Notes: generated by a model not told the origin, from the sequence alone. Positions 29,695-40,894 are shown, numbered from the stretch's first letter. The stretch is 64,000 nt of DNA from Gemmatimonadota bacterium (GCA_034521595.1 JAXHMG010000003.1:576001-640000), one strand, 5' to 3'. Numbers and translations are program-made.

Positions 29695-32228
29695 CCGACG
29701 CCGAAAAGAACCTCGTTATCGTCGAATCCCCGGCCAAGGCCAACACCATCGAAAAGTACCTCGGAGAAGGGTACGAGGTGGCGGCATCCGTCGGTCACGT
29801 GCGGGACCTCCCCCCGAAGGAGCTCGGTGTGGACGTCGAGCACGGGTTCGAGCCGAAGTACGTTACGATCCGTGGCAAGGGAAAGGTCATCACGGATCTC
29901 AAGAAACGGGCCAAGAACGCGGATCGGGTCATTCTGGCGACGGACCCGGACCGCGAGGGAGAAGCGATCGCCTATCACGTGGCCGAGCAGCTCGGCTACG
30001 AGAAGAATCAGGACCGCTTCCAGCGGGTCACGTTCCGGGAGATCACGAAGGGGGCGGTCCAGGAAGCGCTGGAGAATCCGGGATCCCTGGACCACAAGAA
30101 GATCGAAGCCCAGCAGGCGCGCCGGATCCTGGACCGTCTGGTCGGCTATCAGGTGAGCCCGCTCCTCTGGAAGCCCATCCGTCCGGGGCTGTCGGCCGGC
30201 CGGGTGCAGACGGTCGCGCTGCGCCTGATCTGTGAGCGCGAAGACGAGATCCGCGCGTTCGTCCAGGAAGAATACTGGTCGATCACGGCTAATCTGAAGC
30301 ACGGGGATCTCCCCTTCACGGCCCGGTTGCATCATATCGACGGGAAATCCTTCACCCTCGAGGACGAAGAGGCGGCCCGGAACGTCGTCGCCGATGTCGA
30401 GTCGCTGCCGTTCGTCGTCTCCGAGGTCAAACGGAGGGAGCGCCGGAAGAATCCCGCCGCGCCGTTCACGACCTCCACCCTTCAGCAGGAAGCCGCGAAG
30501 AGCCTGAGCTTCTCCGCGAAGCGCACGATGAGCACCGCGCAGCGCCTCTACGAAGGTCAGGAGGTGGGCGGCCGGGGCCAGATCGGACTGATCACCTATA
30601 TGAGAACCGACTCCACCCGAGTCTCCCCGACCGCGGTCGGTCAAGCGAGGACATGGATCGGAGAGGAGTTCGGGGACAAGTATGTACCGAAGTCGCCGGC
30701 CCTCTATGGCGGGGGGAATGCCCCCGCCGCTCAGGACGCCCACGAGGCCATCCGTCCGACCGACGTCACCATCGATCCCACGGAGGCGGCGCGTTACCTC
30801 GCGCCCGATCAGGCCCGACTGTACGAGCTCATCTGGCTGCGCTTCGTAGCCAGTCAGATGCCACCGGCCGTCTACGACACGACCACCATAGACTTCGATC
30901 TCGAGGCGAACGGGGGGAAGCACTACCTGTTCCGCTCCACGGGCTCGATCCTGAAGTTTCCGGGCTTCACCAAGCTCTACCGCGAAGCCACCGAAGCCGG
31001 CGACGTGCGGGGCTTCGACGACATGGATCCGCTTCCGGAGATGAGCGAGGGTGACCAGGGTGAGCTCGAAGCCCTCGAGCCGAAGCAGCACTTCACGCAA
31101 CCGCCGCCCCGGTTCTCGGAGGCCAGCTTGGTCAAGGAGCTCGAGAAGCTCGGCATCGGCAGGCCCTCCACGTACGCGAACATCATCTCCGTGATCGTGG
31201 ACCGCGGCTACGTGGAGCTGGAGAAACGCCGCTTCCACCCGACCGATCTCGGGGAGGTGGTGGCGAAGCTGCTCGTGCACATCTTCCCCGACATCTTCGA
31301 AGTCGAGTTCACGAGCCGGATGGAGGGTGAGCTCGACCGGGTGGAGGAGGGGGAGGTCGACTGGCGGAAGCTGCTGGCCGGCTTCTACCCGCGCTTCCTC
31401 GAACGCCTCCAGGCCGGTGAGGCGAACTCCGACGAGATCATCAAGGAGATCCTCGCCGCCGAAGGCGAGGAGTGTGACAAGTGTGGGCGCCCGATGCTCG
31501 TGCGATGGAACCGCTTCGGGCGGTTTCTCGGATGCTCGGGATACCCCGAGTGTAAGAACACCCGGTCGCTGGATGGCTTCAGCCCGGAGGGTGAGGAGCT
31601 CGGGGTGCATCCGGACGAGGGGCGTGCCGTGCGGGTCAAGGTCGGTCCGTACGGCCCGTACGTCGAGATGGATGCCGAGACGGAAGACGAGAAGCCCAAG
31701 CGGGTGAGCTTACCCAAAGGGGTCGAGCCGACGGAGGTCGACCTTCCCTACGCCGTGAAGCTTCTCGAGCTCCCGAGGACGGTGGGCGAAGATCCGAAGA
31801 CGGGCGAGGAGATCGTGGCGGGGATCGGGCGGTTCGGCCCGTTCGTCCGTCGCGGAAAGACGTTCGCCAGCTTGCCGGATCACGACGCGCTGTGGAGCGT
31901 ATCGGTAGAAAAGGCCTCCGAGCTCATCGAGGCCAAGGCGGCCGGGAAGAGAGTCGCGCTCAAGGAGTTGGGGAAGCATCCCGAAAGCGGAGCGGAGCTC
32001 GCGGTTCACTCGGGCCGGTACGGTCCCTACGTGAGCGACGGAAAGGTGAACGCCACGCTCCCGAAGGGGACCGATCCCGAAGACGTGGATCTCGATACGG
32101 CGGTGCGGCTGATCGACGAGAAGGTGGCGCGCGGAGGTGGTAAGGGTAAGCGCGGCGGCTCCGGTAAAGGGGGCAAGAAGGGTCGAAAATCCGGAAGCAA
32201 GAAGAGCGGAGGCAAGAAGAAATCGTGA
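29691..32228 (+). CDS. topA: DNA topoisomerase I
   Basis: IVESPAK, ATDPDREGE, SAGRVQ, ITYMRTDS; one Zn ribbon plus GPYGPY C-terminal repeats; Lys-rich tail. Confidence 0.97.
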   Translation: MTDAEKNLVIVESPAKANTIEKYLGEGYEVAASVGHVRDLPPKELGVDVEHGFEPKYVTIRGKGKVITDLKKRAKNADRVILATDPDREGEAIAYHVAEQLGYEKNQDRFQRVTFREITKGAVQEALENPGSLDHKKIEAQQARRILDRLVGYQVSPLLWKPIRPGLSAGRVQTVALRLICEREDEIRAFVQEEYWSITANLKHGDLPFTARLHHIDGKSFTLEDEEAARNVVADVESLPFVVSEVKRRERRKNPAAPFTTSTLQQEAAKSLSFSAKRTMSTAQRLYEGQEVGGRGQIGLITYMRTDSTRVSPTAVGQARTWIGEEFGDKYVPKSPALYGGGNAPAAQDAHEAIRPTDVTIDPTEAARYLAPDQARLYELIWLRFVASQMPPAVYDTTTIDFDLEANGGKHYLFRSTGSILKFPGFTKLYREATEAGDVRGFDDMDPLPEMSEGDQGELEALEPKQHFTQPPPRFSEASLVKELEKLGIGRPSTYANIISVIVDRGYVELEKRRFHPTDLGEVVAKLLVHIFPDIFEVEFTSRMEGELDRVEEGEVDWRKLLAGFYPRFLERLQAGEANSDEIIKEILAAEGEECDKCGRPMLVRWNRFGRFLGCSGYPECKNTRSLDGFSPEGEELGVHPDEGRAVRVKVGPYGPYVEMDAETEDEKPKRVSLPKGVEPTEVDLPYAVKLLELPRTVGEDPKTGEEIVAGIGRFGPFVRRGKTFASLPDHDALWSVSVEKASELIEAKAAGKRVALKELGKHPESGAELAVHSGRYGPYVSDGKVNATLPKGTDPEDVDLDTAVRLIDEKVARGGGKGKRGGSGKGGKKGRKSGSKKSGGKKKS

Positions 32229-33589
32229 CCCAGGGGGACGTGACGGTCGTCGGAGGGGGGCTCGCGGGCTGTGAGGCCGCCCTGCAGCTCGCGGAGCGGG
32301 GCTTCTCCGTGCGGCTACGGGAGATGCGACCCGTTCGGACGACTCCGGCCCATCAGACGGATCGGCTCGGCGAGTTGGTCTGTACGAACTCGTTCAAGAG
32401 CGAGGGGGCCGAGAACGCGCACGGCCAGCTCAAGCGCGAGATGCGCGCGCTGGGCTCGGTCCTCTTGCGCTCCGCTGATCGGACGCGCGTGGCCGCGGGA
32501 TCGGCTCTGGCGGTCGATCGACAGCTCTTCGCCGACGCCATGACCGCCGCCGTCGACCAGTCCCCGTCCATCGAGGTCGTGCGTGAGGAGTGCCGTCGGC
32601 TCCCCGACGGTCCGGCCATCATCGCGACCGGTCCGCTGACCTCGGAGGGGCTTTCGGAAGACATCCGGCTGGCCTTGGGGGACGACGGGCTCGCGTTCTT
32701 CGACGCGATCGCGCCGATCCTGCACCGGGATAGCCTCGACGAGGAGATCGTGTTCGCGGCGGGTCGTTTCGGCGAGGACGCGGATTACCTCAACTGCCCG
32801 ATGAACGAGGAGGAGTACGCCTCCTTCATCGAAGCGCTCCGGTCCGGGGAGGCTCACGAAGGGCACGACTGGGACGCCGTACCCTACTTCGAGGGATGCT
32901 TGCCGATCGAGGTGATGGCCTCCCGAGGGGCGGACACGCTCCGGTACGGACCCATGAAGCCGATCGGGCTCGAAGACCCCCGCACGGGTGAGCGGCCGCA
33001 CGCCGTGGTGCAGCTCCGGCGGGAAGACCGCGCGGGCCAGATGTGGAACATGGTCGGATTTCAGACGCGGCTTCGAGTTGGGGAGCAGAGACGGATCTTC
33101 ACCCGCATTCCGGGACTCGCGAACGCGGAGTTCCTGCGGTGGGGGTCCATCCACCGCAACAGCTACCTGAACTTTCCGGAGCGCTTGAGCGCGCACGGAG
33201 CCCCGAAGGACCGGGAGGACCTGGTCTTCGCCGGGCAGCTCACGGGGGTGGAGGGCTACACGGAGTCCGCGGCGAGCGGAATTCTGGCCGGCATCAACCT
33301 CGCCCGAATCCTCAATGGGGACGAACCGATCGTGCCGCCCCCCACGACCATGCTCGGAGGACTCTACCGCTATCTTCGGGAAGCCCGTGCGGGACAGTTC
33401 CAACCCATGAACTCCAACTGGGGGCTCGTCGAGCCTCTCAACCGGCGAGTCCGGGACAAGAAACGGAAGCGGGCTCTGCTCGGCGAACGGGCGCAGGAAC
33501 ATTTTCTGTCCTGGATGGCCGAGCACGGCCTCGAGACGCGGGCTCCCGCCCCCGGGGTCGATGGCCGGACGGCCTCGGCGGGCGTCTGA
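32225..33589 (+). CDS. trmFO: Folate-dependent tRNA m5U54 methyltransferase
   Basis: GGGLAGCEAA, ELVC.NS, FFDAIAP, YFEGCLPIE, GFQTRL, GVEGY.ES. Confidence 0.96.
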   Translation: MTQGDVTVVGGGLAGCEAALQLAERGFSVRLREMRPVRTTPAHQTDRLGELVCTNSFKSEGAENAHGQLKREMRALGSVLLRSADRTRVAAGSALAVDRQLFADAMTAAVDQSPSIEVVREECRRLPDGPAIIATGPLTSEGLSEDIRLALGDDGLAFFDAIAPILHRDSLDEEIVFAAGRFGEDADYLNCPMNEEEYASFIEALRSGEAHEGHDWDAVPYFEGCLPIEVMASRGADTLRYGPMKPIGLEDPRTGERPHAVVQLRREDRAGQMWNMVGFQTRLRVGEQRRIFTRIPGLANAEFLRWGSIHRNSYLNFPERLSAHGAPKDREDLVFAGQLTGVEGYTESAASGILAGINLARILNGDEPIVPPPTTMLGGLYRYLREARAGQFQPMNSNWGLVEPLNRRVRDKKRKRALLGERAQEHFLSWMAEHGLETRAPAPGVDGRTASAGV

Positions 33590-33595
33590 CGGAGC

Positions 33596-34519
33596 GTGGA
33601 GCCCTCGAGCCGCCCGGAAGTCGCGGATTTTCTCCGCCACCTCAGAGACGAGCGTGGCCTGTCGGACCATACGGTCGACGCCTACCGCCGTGACCTGCGA
33701 CAGCTCGAAGGCTTCCTCTCCGACTATCTCGGAGGCGACGACTGGTCCTGGGGTGATGCGGACGTCGACCGATTGGCCATCCGGGGATTCCTCGGGTGGT
33801 GTGAGCGTCGGGGATTGAGCCGGCGCAGCGCCGCACGCAAGCTTTCTGCGGCGCGCACGTTCTTCCGGTTCCTGCATCTGGATGAGCGGATTCCGGTGGA
33901 TCCGACGCGCTCTGTGAAGAACCCCAAGGCGGAGAAGCGTCTCCCGGGTCACCTCGGAGCGTCGGACGCGCGCCGGGTGATGGAGGCCGCCGAGGTCGGC
34001 GCCGCCGAGAACACTCTCAAGAGCGCGCGTGATCTCGTCATTCTGGAGATGCTCTACGGCAGTGGGATGCGCCTGTCCGAACTCCATGGCCTCGACCTGG
34101 GCGTGCTCGAGCGGGATCGCCGTCAGGTCCGTGTGATGGGGAAGGGCAGAAAGGAGCGCGTCGTGCCCGTCACGGAGTCGGCGGTACGGGCCGTCGATCG
34201 GTATCTGCCGCGTAGGGCGGAGGTGGTGGAGGTGGGATGTGAGGCCCTCTTGGTCAACGCGAACGGAGCGCGCCTGTCCCGTCGGTCGATCCAGATCGCC
34301 GTACGGCGGGCCTTCGAAGCCGCTTCGGCGGCCCACGGCCTGTCCGTTCACTCGCTCCGCCACTCGTTCGCGACCCACCTGCTCGATGCCGGCGCCGACT
34401 TGTTGGCGGTCAAGGAGTTGTTGGGGCACGTGTCTCTCTCGACGACACAGGTGTATACCCACACGAGCCGTGAACGGCTGCTACGCGTATACCGAAACGC
34501 CCATCCCCGCTCCGAATGA
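33596..34519 (+). CDS. xerC: Tyrosine recombinase XerC
   Basis: LYGSGMRLSEL, GKG.KER, HSLRHSFATH, LLGH, TQVY; housekeeping synteny. Confidence 0.92.
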   Translation: MEPSSRPEVADFLRHLRDERGLSDHTVDAYRRDLRQLEGFLSDYLGGDDWSWGDADVDRLAIRGFLGWCERRGLSRRSAARKLSAARTFFRFLHLDERIPVDPTRSVKNPKAEKRLPGHLGASDARRVMEAAEVGAAENTLKSARDLVILEMLYGSGMRLSELHGLDLGVLERDRRQVRVMGKGRKERVVPVTESAVRAVDRYLPRRAEVVEVGCEALLVNANGARLSRRSIQIAVRRAFEAASAAHGLSVHSLRHSFATHLLDAGADLLAVKELLGHVSLSTTQVYTHTSRERLLRVYRNAHPRSE

Positions 34520-34631
34520 GACGGTCCGGCCGGCGACTGCCATTTCGGCAGCGTCGTCGTTAGATTCGGACCCTTCATCCATATACCCGGGCCCCGAAGG
34601 GCTCGATCGCTACACATAGGAGTCGTCGTCC

Positions 34632-35195
34632 ATGCCGTTGTCCGATGCTCGCGCCACGACCGTGCTCGCCGTCCGCACCCGAGGAAGGGTCGCGATGGGA
34701 GGGGACGGTCAGGTCACGATGGGTGACACGGTCGTGAAGGGCTCTGCACGCAAGGTGCGGACCCTGGCGGACGGGCGGATCTTGGCCGGGTTCGCCGGTG
34801 CGGTCGCGGACGCGTTCACCCTTTTCGAGAAGCTCGAGGAAAAGCTCGAGCGCTATCCCGGAAACCTGAAACGCGCGATCGTCGAGCTGGCCAAGGATTG
34901 GCGTCTGGATCGATACCTCCGGCGGCTGGACGCGTTGCTGGCGGTGGCCGACGCCGAGCACCTCTTTCTCGTGAGCGGGACCGGAGACGTGATCGAGCCC
35001 GACGACGATGTCGTGGCGATCGGGTCGGGCGGCTCGTACGCCCTCGCCGCGGCGAGGGCGCTGAAGGCGAATTCGGATCTCGACGCACGTGAGATCGTGC
35101 AGCGAGCGCTCGAGATTGCCGGAGATATCTGTATCTATACGAACAGGGACATCGTCGTGCTGGAGCTCGACGATGCCCCGAGCGAGGCAGAATGA
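34632..35195 (+). CDS. hslV: ATP-dependent protease subunit HslV
   Basis: ATTVL, GDGQVT, AGFAG..AD, GSGG, ICIYTN. Confidence 0.97.
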   Translation: MPLSDARATTVLAVRTRGRVAMGGDGQVTMGDTVVKGSARKVRTLADGRILAGFAGAVADAFTLFEKLEEKLERYPGNLKRAIVELAKDWRLDRYLRRLDALLAVADAEHLFLVSGTGDVIEPDDDVVAIGSGGSYALAAARALKANSDLDAREIVQRALEIAGDICIYTNRDIVVLELDDAPSEAE

Positions 35196-36688
35196 GCATC
35201 GACATGGTGGAGCTAGAGCACACCCCGGACACCTCCGGTGAAGCTCCGGAAGAAGAGGAGGGTGGTTGGTTGGACGAGCTCACCCCCCGTCAGATCGTCA
35301 CCGAGCTGGACAAGTACATCGTGGGTCAGGACGACGCGAAGAAGGCGGTCGCGATCGTGCTGCGAAACCGATGGCGACGTCAGCGCGTCGAAGAGGATCT
35401 GCGCCAGGAAATCATACCGAACAACCTCATCCTCATTGGACCGACCGGGGTGGGGAAGACGGAGATCGCACGGCGCCTGGCCCGGCTGGCCGGCGCCCCC
35501 TTCCTGAAGGTCGAAGCGTCGAAGTTCACCGAGGTCGGGTATGTCGGGCGGGACGTCGAATCGATGGTTCGGGATCTCGTGGACATCGCGATCAACCTCG
35601 TGCGTGCGGAGCGGGAGTACGAGGTGCAGGACGTGGCCGAGGCGCGCGTCGCGGATCGGATCCTCGACCTGCTGCTGCCCGCGTCCAACCCCGAGCCCGA
35701 ATCGAAGGCGGAGGAGGGGGAGCGTCCGAACGTCTACGTGGCGGGCCCCGAGGGTGTCCGGGAGCAAGAGCAGGACCAGGGACGCGGCGCCGAGGGCCTG
35801 CAGGAGCGTCGCGAGCGCACCAGGGAGAAGCTTCGCAAGCTTCTGGACGACGGGAAGCTCGAGGATCGTGAAGTCGAGATCGAGGTCTCGCAGACTCCGT
35901 CCATCGACAACATGATGATGCCGATGGGGGGCGAAGGCCTGGATCACAACTTCACCGAGATGCTCCAGGACATGCTGCCCAAGCGGACCAAGCGCCGCAC
36001 CGTCACCGTGTCGGAGGCCCGACGGATTCTCCTACAGGACGAGCTCGAAAAGCTCATCGACATGGACGAGGTGGTGAGCGACGCTCTTCACCGGGTCGAA
36101 GAGACGGGCATCGTCTTCCTGGACGAGATCGACAAGATCACGGGCGAGCGGGGGGGGCACGGTCCCGACGTGAGCCGCGAGGGCGTGCAGCGGGACCTTC
36201 TCCCGATCGTGGAGGGGTCGACCGTCGCAACGAAGTACGGTCTCGTGCGTACCGATCACGTGCTGTTCATCGCCGCCGGTGCCTTCCACGTGTCCAAGCC
36301 TTCGGATCTCATCCCCGAGCTCCAGGGTCGGTTCCCCATCCGGGTGGAGTTGCAGAACCTGGACGAGAAGGACTTCGGCCGCATCCTTCGGGAGCCGAAG
36401 AACGCGTTGTTGCACCAGTACCGTGCCCTCGTCGAGACGGAGGGAGCGAACATCGAATTCACCGAGGACGGCATCGACGAGATCGCCCGGATCGCGATGC
36501 AGCTGAACGAGCGCATGGAGAACATCGGAGCGCGTCGGCTGCAGACGGTCATGACGACCCTGCTCGAGGATGTCCTCTTCGAGCTCCCGGATCGAGCCTC
36601 CGAACCCGTGGTGGTGAATCGTGACTTCGTGAGCGAGCGTCTGGCCCGGGTCGCCGACGACGAAGACCTCAGCCGCTACATCCTCTAG
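35192..36688 (+). CDS. hslU: ATP-dependent protease ATPase HslU
   Basis: [40 protein letters not shown]. Confidence 0.97.
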   Translation: MSIDMVELEHTPDTSGEAPEEEEGGWLDELTPRQIVTELDKYIVGQDDAKKAVAIVLRNRWRRQRVEEDLRQEIIPNNLILIGPTGVGKTEIARRLARLAGAPFLKVEASKFTEVGYVGRDVESMVRDLVDIAINLVRAEREYEVQDVAEARVADRILDLLLPASNPEPESKAEEGERPNVYVAGPEGVREQEQDQGRGAEGLQERRERTREKLRKLLDDGKLEDREVEIEVSQTPSIDNMMMPMGGEGLDHNFTEMLQDMLPKRTKRRTVTVSEARRILLQDELEKLIDMDEVVSDALHRVEETGIVFLDEIDKITGERGGHGPDVSREGVQRDLLPIVEGSTVATKYGLVRTDHVLFIAAGAFHVSKPSDLIPELQGRFPIRVELQNLDEKDFGRILREPKNALLHQYRALVETEGANIEFTEDGIDEIARIAMQLNERMENIGARRLQTVMTTLLEDVLFELPDRASEPVVVNRDFVSERLARVADDEDLSRYIL

Positions 36689-36709
36689 CGCCCGCGGCTC
36701 GGAGAGATC

Positions 36710-37612
36710 ATGAAGCCACATCGGGATTTTCTCGCCCTCGCGGATTTCAGTCGCGACGAGCTCCTGTCGTTGCTCGAACGGGCCAGGCGTCTCAAGAGCG
36801 GTGAGCGGTCGGAGCAGCTCACGGGGAAGAGCTTGGCCATGATCTTCCGCAAAAGCTCGACCCGCACCAGGGTCTCTTTCGAGGTCGGGATGACCCAGCT
36901 CGGGGGGCATGCCCTGTTTCTGTCGGACCGGGACAGTCAGATCGGACGCGGTGAGCACATCGGCGACACCGCCGGGGTGTTGTCGCGTTACGTGGATGGC
37001 ATCGTGGTCCGTACCTACGAGCACGATGAAGTCGTACGGCTCGCAGAGCATGCTTCGGTTCCGGTCGTCAACGCCCTGACCGATCTGCTCCACCCCTGTC
37101 AGGTGCTCGCGGATCTTCAGACCGCCGCGGAAGAGTTCGGGCCCGTGCTCGAGGACAGGACCGTGGCCTGGATCGGAGACGGAAACAACATGGCGAACTC
37201 GTGGCTCAACGCGGCCCGGGTTCTGGGCTTTCACCTCAGGCTGGCCTGTCCCAAAGCCTACGATCCGGACACCAGGATCTTCGAGCGGGCTTCGGCCGCC
37301 GCGGACGTGGTTCTCACACGGGATCCACGAGAAGCGGTGGCGGGCGCGGACGTCGTCACGACGGACGTGTGGGCTTCCATGGGGCAGGAAGCGGAAGCGG
37401 CACAGCGGAGGGCGGCATTCGAAGGCTTCATCGTCGACGACCGCTTGATGGACCTGGCTTCGCCCGAAGCGATCTTCCTGCACTGTCTCCCGGCGCACCG
37501 AGAGGAGGAAGTGGCAACCAGCGTCATCGACGGACCGCAGTCCCGAATTTTCGAAGAGGCGGAGAACCGCCTACACGCTCAGAAAGCGATCTTGCTGGAG
37601 TTGATGGCATGA
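36710..37612 (+). CDS. argF: Ornithine carbamoyltransferase
   Basis: SSTRTR, HPCQ, DVWASMG, HCLP. Confidence 0.96.
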   Translation: MKPHRDFLALADFSRDELLSLLERARRLKSGERSEQLTGKSLAMIFRKSSTRTRVSFEVGMTQLGGHALFLSDRDSQIGRGEHIGDTAGVLSRYVDGIVVRTYEHDEVVRLAEHASVPVVNALTDLLHPCQVLADLQTAAEEFGPVLEDRTVAWIGDGNNMANSWLNAARVLGFHLRLACPKAYDPDTRIFERASAAADVVLTRDPREAVAGADVVTTDVWASMGQEAEAAQRRAAFEGFIVDDRLMDLASPEAIFLHCLPAHREEEVATSVIDGPQSRIFEEAENRLHAQKAILLELMA

Positions 37613-38715
37613 CGGATAATCTGAAACGCACCCCGCTCCACGACGAGCATGTGGCGTTGAATGCCAAGCTCGTGCCTTTCGCCGGCTTCGAGATGCCGGT
37701 CCAGTACGAGGACGGGATCAAGGCGGAGCACCGTGCGGTGCGCACCGCCGCCGGCCTTTTCGACGTCTCGCACATGGGGGAGTTCGTCCTGTCGGGGCCG
37801 CAAGCTCTGGACGCGATCCAAAAGGTCTCGGTCAACGACGCCTCCCGGCTCGACGTGGGGCAGGCGCAATATTCGGCCATGTGTCTCGAGTCGGGAGGCG
37901 TCGTGGACGATCTGCTCGTGTACCGGTTCGAAGACCGGTTCATGCTCGTCGTGAACGCCGCGAACCTCGAGAAGGATTGGGCCTGGATTCAGACCCAAGC
38001 CGAAGGGCTCGACGTCGACGTGCGCGACGCGTCCGCCGACACCGCGCTCTTGGCCCTCCAGGGGCCGGAGGCTCGGGAGATCCTCCAGCCGCTCGTGGAT
38101 CTCGATCTGGACACGGTCGGGTTCTATCGTTTCCGGGAAGGAAGCATTGCGGGGGCTCCGGCCGTGGTGAGTGGCACCGGATACACCGGGGAGGACGGCT
38201 TCGAGCTCTACATGGACGCCGCGGACGCTCCGGCGGCCTGGCGGCGTATCCTCGAGGAAGGGGGGGATCGCGTGATGCCGGCCGGACTGGGGGCGCGAGA
38301 CTCGCTGCGGCTCGAGGTCGGACTCCATCTGTACGGCAACGACCTCGACGAAGACCATACGGTGTTGGAAGCCGGCTTGGGCTGGCTCACGCGTCTCGAG
38401 AAAGGCCCGTTCGTCGGGCGCGAGGCGCTTCGCGCGCAGAAAGAGGCGGGGCTGGTGCGTCGGCTCGTCGGACTCCGTATCGACCAGCGTGGCTTTCCGC
38501 GGCCGGGTTATTCGATCCAGTCCGAAGGGGCGGAGATCGGTCGCGTCACGAGCGGCACGGTGAGCCCTTCGCTGGGCTACGGCATCGCGCTCGGATACGT
38601 GCCCGTGGAGCTCTCCGAGGAGGGTACGCGGCTCCAGGTGGACGCGCGGGGCCGTCTGCTCGACGCTACGGTCGTTCGACCCCCGTTCTATCGGGAGGGG
38701 TCGATTCGCCGGTGA
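37609..38715 (+). CDS. gcvT: Glycine cleavage aminomethyltransferase
   Basis: LKRTPL, FAGFEMPVQY, FDVSHMG, TGYTGEDGFE, GLGARDSLRLE. Confidence 0.96.
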   Translation: MTDNLKRTPLHDEHVALNAKLVPFAGFEMPVQYEDGIKAEHRAVRTAAGLFDVSHMGEFVLSGPQALDAIQKVSVNDASRLDVGQAQYSAMCLESGGVVDDLLVYRFEDRFMLVVNAANLEKDWAWIQTQAEGLDVDVRDASADTALLALQGPEAREILQPLVDLDLDTVGFYRFREGSIAGAPAVVSGTGYTGEDGFELYMDAADAPAAWRRILEEGGDRVMPAGLGARDSLRLEVGLHLYGNDLDEDHTVLEAGLGWLTRLEKGPFVGREALRAQKEAGLVRRLVGLRIDQRGFPRPGYSIQSEGAEIGRVTSGTVSPSLGYGIALGYVPVELSEEGTRLQVDARGRLLDATVVRPPFYREGSIRR

Positions 38716-39215
38716 GCACGACGGTCGGAATCCTGACGGTCAGCGATGGTTGTGCCCGAGGAGAACGGGAGGACCTGAGCGGTGATCGCATCGCCCGGTG
38801 GTGCGCCGAGACGGATGTGGAGGTCACCGCGAGGGACGTGGTCGAGGACCGAACGGAGCGGATCGTGCCCGTATTGATCGCCTGGAGTGACGACCTCGGG
38901 GTAGACGTGGTGCTCACGACCGGAGGCACCGGATTCGCGCCGCGGGACGTCACTCCGGAAGCGACGCGTGCGGTGCTCGAGCGGGAGGCGCCGGGCATCC
39001 CGGAAGCGTTGCGACGCCGCGGCGCTGAAGCGACGCCGTTCGCCGCTTTGTCGCGAGGCTTGGCCGGCCTTCGGAACCGGACGTTGATCGTCAATCTACC
39101 GGGGAGCCCGTCCGGGGTCGAGGAGGGGCTCGAGGTCCTGGCGCCGATGCTCGCACACGCGGTGCGCATGCTTCGAGGCCGTGACACGACCCATGGCGGA
39201 GGCGACGAGGCATGA
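38712..39215 (+). CDS. mog: Molybdopterin adenylyltransferase (MogA/MoaB family)
   Basis: ILTVSD, TTGGTGFAPRDVTPEA, NLPGSP. Confidence 0.92.
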   Translation: MSTTVGILTVSDGCARGEREDLSGDRIARWCAETDVEVTARDVVEDRTERIVPVLIAWSDDLGVDVVLTTGGTGFAPRDVTPEATRAVLEREAPGIPEALRRRGAEATPFAALSRGLAGLRNRTLIVNLPGSPSGVEEGLEVLAPMLAHAVRMLRGRDTTHGGGDEA

Positions 39216-40894
39216 GCACGGACCGGGTGCTCGTCTCGACGCACGACTTGCCGATGGCCGGTGAGCTGAGGGAAGGGTTCGAGGGCGAAGGGTATGAGGT
39301 CGAGCTCGTCACGCCCACCGAGAAGCTCGACGTCGAGAAAGCGGCGCTCTTGGTGCTGACGGGAGGAGCCGAGGAAGGCGGGGGAGAGCTTGCCGGGCAG
39401 GTACGGGCGGGCTCGCACGTGCCGGTGCTCGCCGTGGCCGAAGGGTCGCAGCTTCAGCCCGCCTTGCGTCCCGGCTTCGACGAGGTCTTCCCGCGCTCGA
39501 CCCCGATCGCCGATATCGTATTGGTGGGTCGCGGCTTCGTCGAGCGTCGGCGGCTCCGGCGCGTCACGGGCATCATCGGGGAAACCGACGAGATGCACCA
39601 GGTCCTCGAACGGGTCGTGCAGATCGCGCCCGTTGAATCGACCGTGCTGGTCACCGGCGAGTCGGGGACCGGGAAGGAGCTCGTGGCTCGGGGAATCCAT
39701 GGGCTTTCGTCCCGCCGGCACAAGGCGTTCATCGCCGTCAACGTGGCCGCCCTGTCGGATACCCTCTTGGAATCCGAGCTGTTCGGGCACGAGAAGGGCG
39801 CGTTCACCGGGGCGATCGACTCCCGGCGCGGCCTTTTCGAGCTCGCGAGCGGGGGTACCATCTTTCTCGACGAGATCGGTGAGATGCCGCTCGCCACCCA
39901 AACGAAGCTCCTGCGGGTGCTCGAGCAGCGGGAATTTCACCGCGTCGGGGGTGAGCGTACCGTCAAGGTCGATGTCCGTATCGTTGCCGCGACGAACCAG
40001 GATCTGCGTCAGCTCGTCGCCATCGGTGAGTTTCGGCGGGATCTCTTCTTCCGCCTCAACGTGTTGAGCATCGAGCTCCCTCCCCTGCGGGAGCGGCGGG
40101 AAGACATCCCGCTTCTCGTCGAGGTGTTCGTACGGGAAATCTCAGAGGCACACGACCTGGATTTCCCGGGCATCTCGGCCGAAGCGATGGAGGTCCTGAG
40201 GAATTACGCGTGGCCGGGCAATGTACGGGAGCTCCGAAACCTGGTGGAATCGATGGTCGTGCTCGCACCGGGACGCGTGATCCGACCGGAGGACATACCC
40301 GACGAGGTGCGCGGGGGGCGAGGAGCGTCTCTCCTTCCGGCTCGCATCACCCGTCCGGGCGGGCGAGGTGAGAGTGGAGAAGGGGAGGCGCGGGAGAAGG
40401 GCGACATCCGCCCGGAGTTGGAGTTCGTGTTCCGCACGCTCGTCGAGCTCCGCGTCGATATCGACGACCTCCGAAGGGACTTCGAACAGTACCGCCGTGA
40501 GCAGCCTTCCCTGGGCCCGGCCGGCGAGGCCGTGCTGGGTCGGCTCGGGGCCGGCGCGGGCCGCTCGGCGGGCGACGACACCTTTTCGGGAGAAGTCGAG
40601 ATCGCCCCGTATCGGCCGGGGAACCCTCCGGAGGAGGAGGAGCGTCCCGAGGCTCATGAGCCGTTGCCTTTGCCGGACGACGACTTCGGGGAGGAGCCCG
40701 GGCAGTGGGACGAGAGCGAGGGTTCCGCGGTGGTCTTCCGCCCCGGAATGACCATCGAGGACATGGAGCGCCGAGCGATCGAGGTGGCGTTGGCCGAGGT
40801 CGGCGGAAACCGGAGGAGGGCGGCGGAGCTTCTCGGGATCGGAGAGCGGACGCTCTACCGTAAGATCTCCAAGTACGATCTCGAGGAGGAGTGA
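39212..40894 (+). CDS. Sigma54 activator with degenerate receiver-like N-terminus
   Basis: GESGTGKE, GAFTGA, FLDEIGE, WPGNVREL, C-terminal HTH; N-terminus lacks the DD/D motifs. Confidence 0.9.
   Translation: MSTDRVLVSTHDLPMAGELREGFEGEGYEVELVTPTEKLDVEKAALLVLTGGAEEGGGELAGQVRAGSHVPVLAVAEGSQLQPALRPGFDEVFPRSTPIADIVLVGRGFVERRRLRRVTGIIGETDEMHQVLERVVQIAPVESTVLVTGESGTGKELVARGIHGLSSRRHKAFIAVNVAALSDTLLESELFGHEKGAFTGAIDSRRGLFELASGGTIFLDEIGEMPLATQTKLLRVLEQREFHRVGGERTVKVDVRIVAATNQDLRQLVAIGEFRRDLFFRLNVLSIELPPLRERREDIPLLVEVFVREISEAHDLDFPGISAEAMEVLRNYAWPGNVRELRNLVESMVVLAPGRVIRPEDIPDEVRGGRGASLLPARITRPGGRGESGEGEAREKGDIRPELEFVFRTLVELRVDIDDLRRDFEQYRREQPSLGPAGEAVLGRLGAGAGRSAGDDTFSGEVEIAPYRPGNPPEEEERPEAHEPLPLPDDDFGEEPGQWDESEGSAVVFRPGMTIEDMERRAIEVALAEVGGNRRRAAELLGIGERTLYRKISKYDLEEE

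Noticed and set aside
27888-31610. 1240-aa minus-strand ORF and other long antisense ORFs (e.g. 6397..8688, 8459..10645, 32315..34462)
   Set aside because: Shadow frames of well-supported genes in high-GC DNA; no motifs
33596-34519. Tyrosine recombinase as a phage or island integrase
   Set aside because: It lies in the housekeeping topA-trmFO-xerC-hslVU order, with no att repeats or cargo
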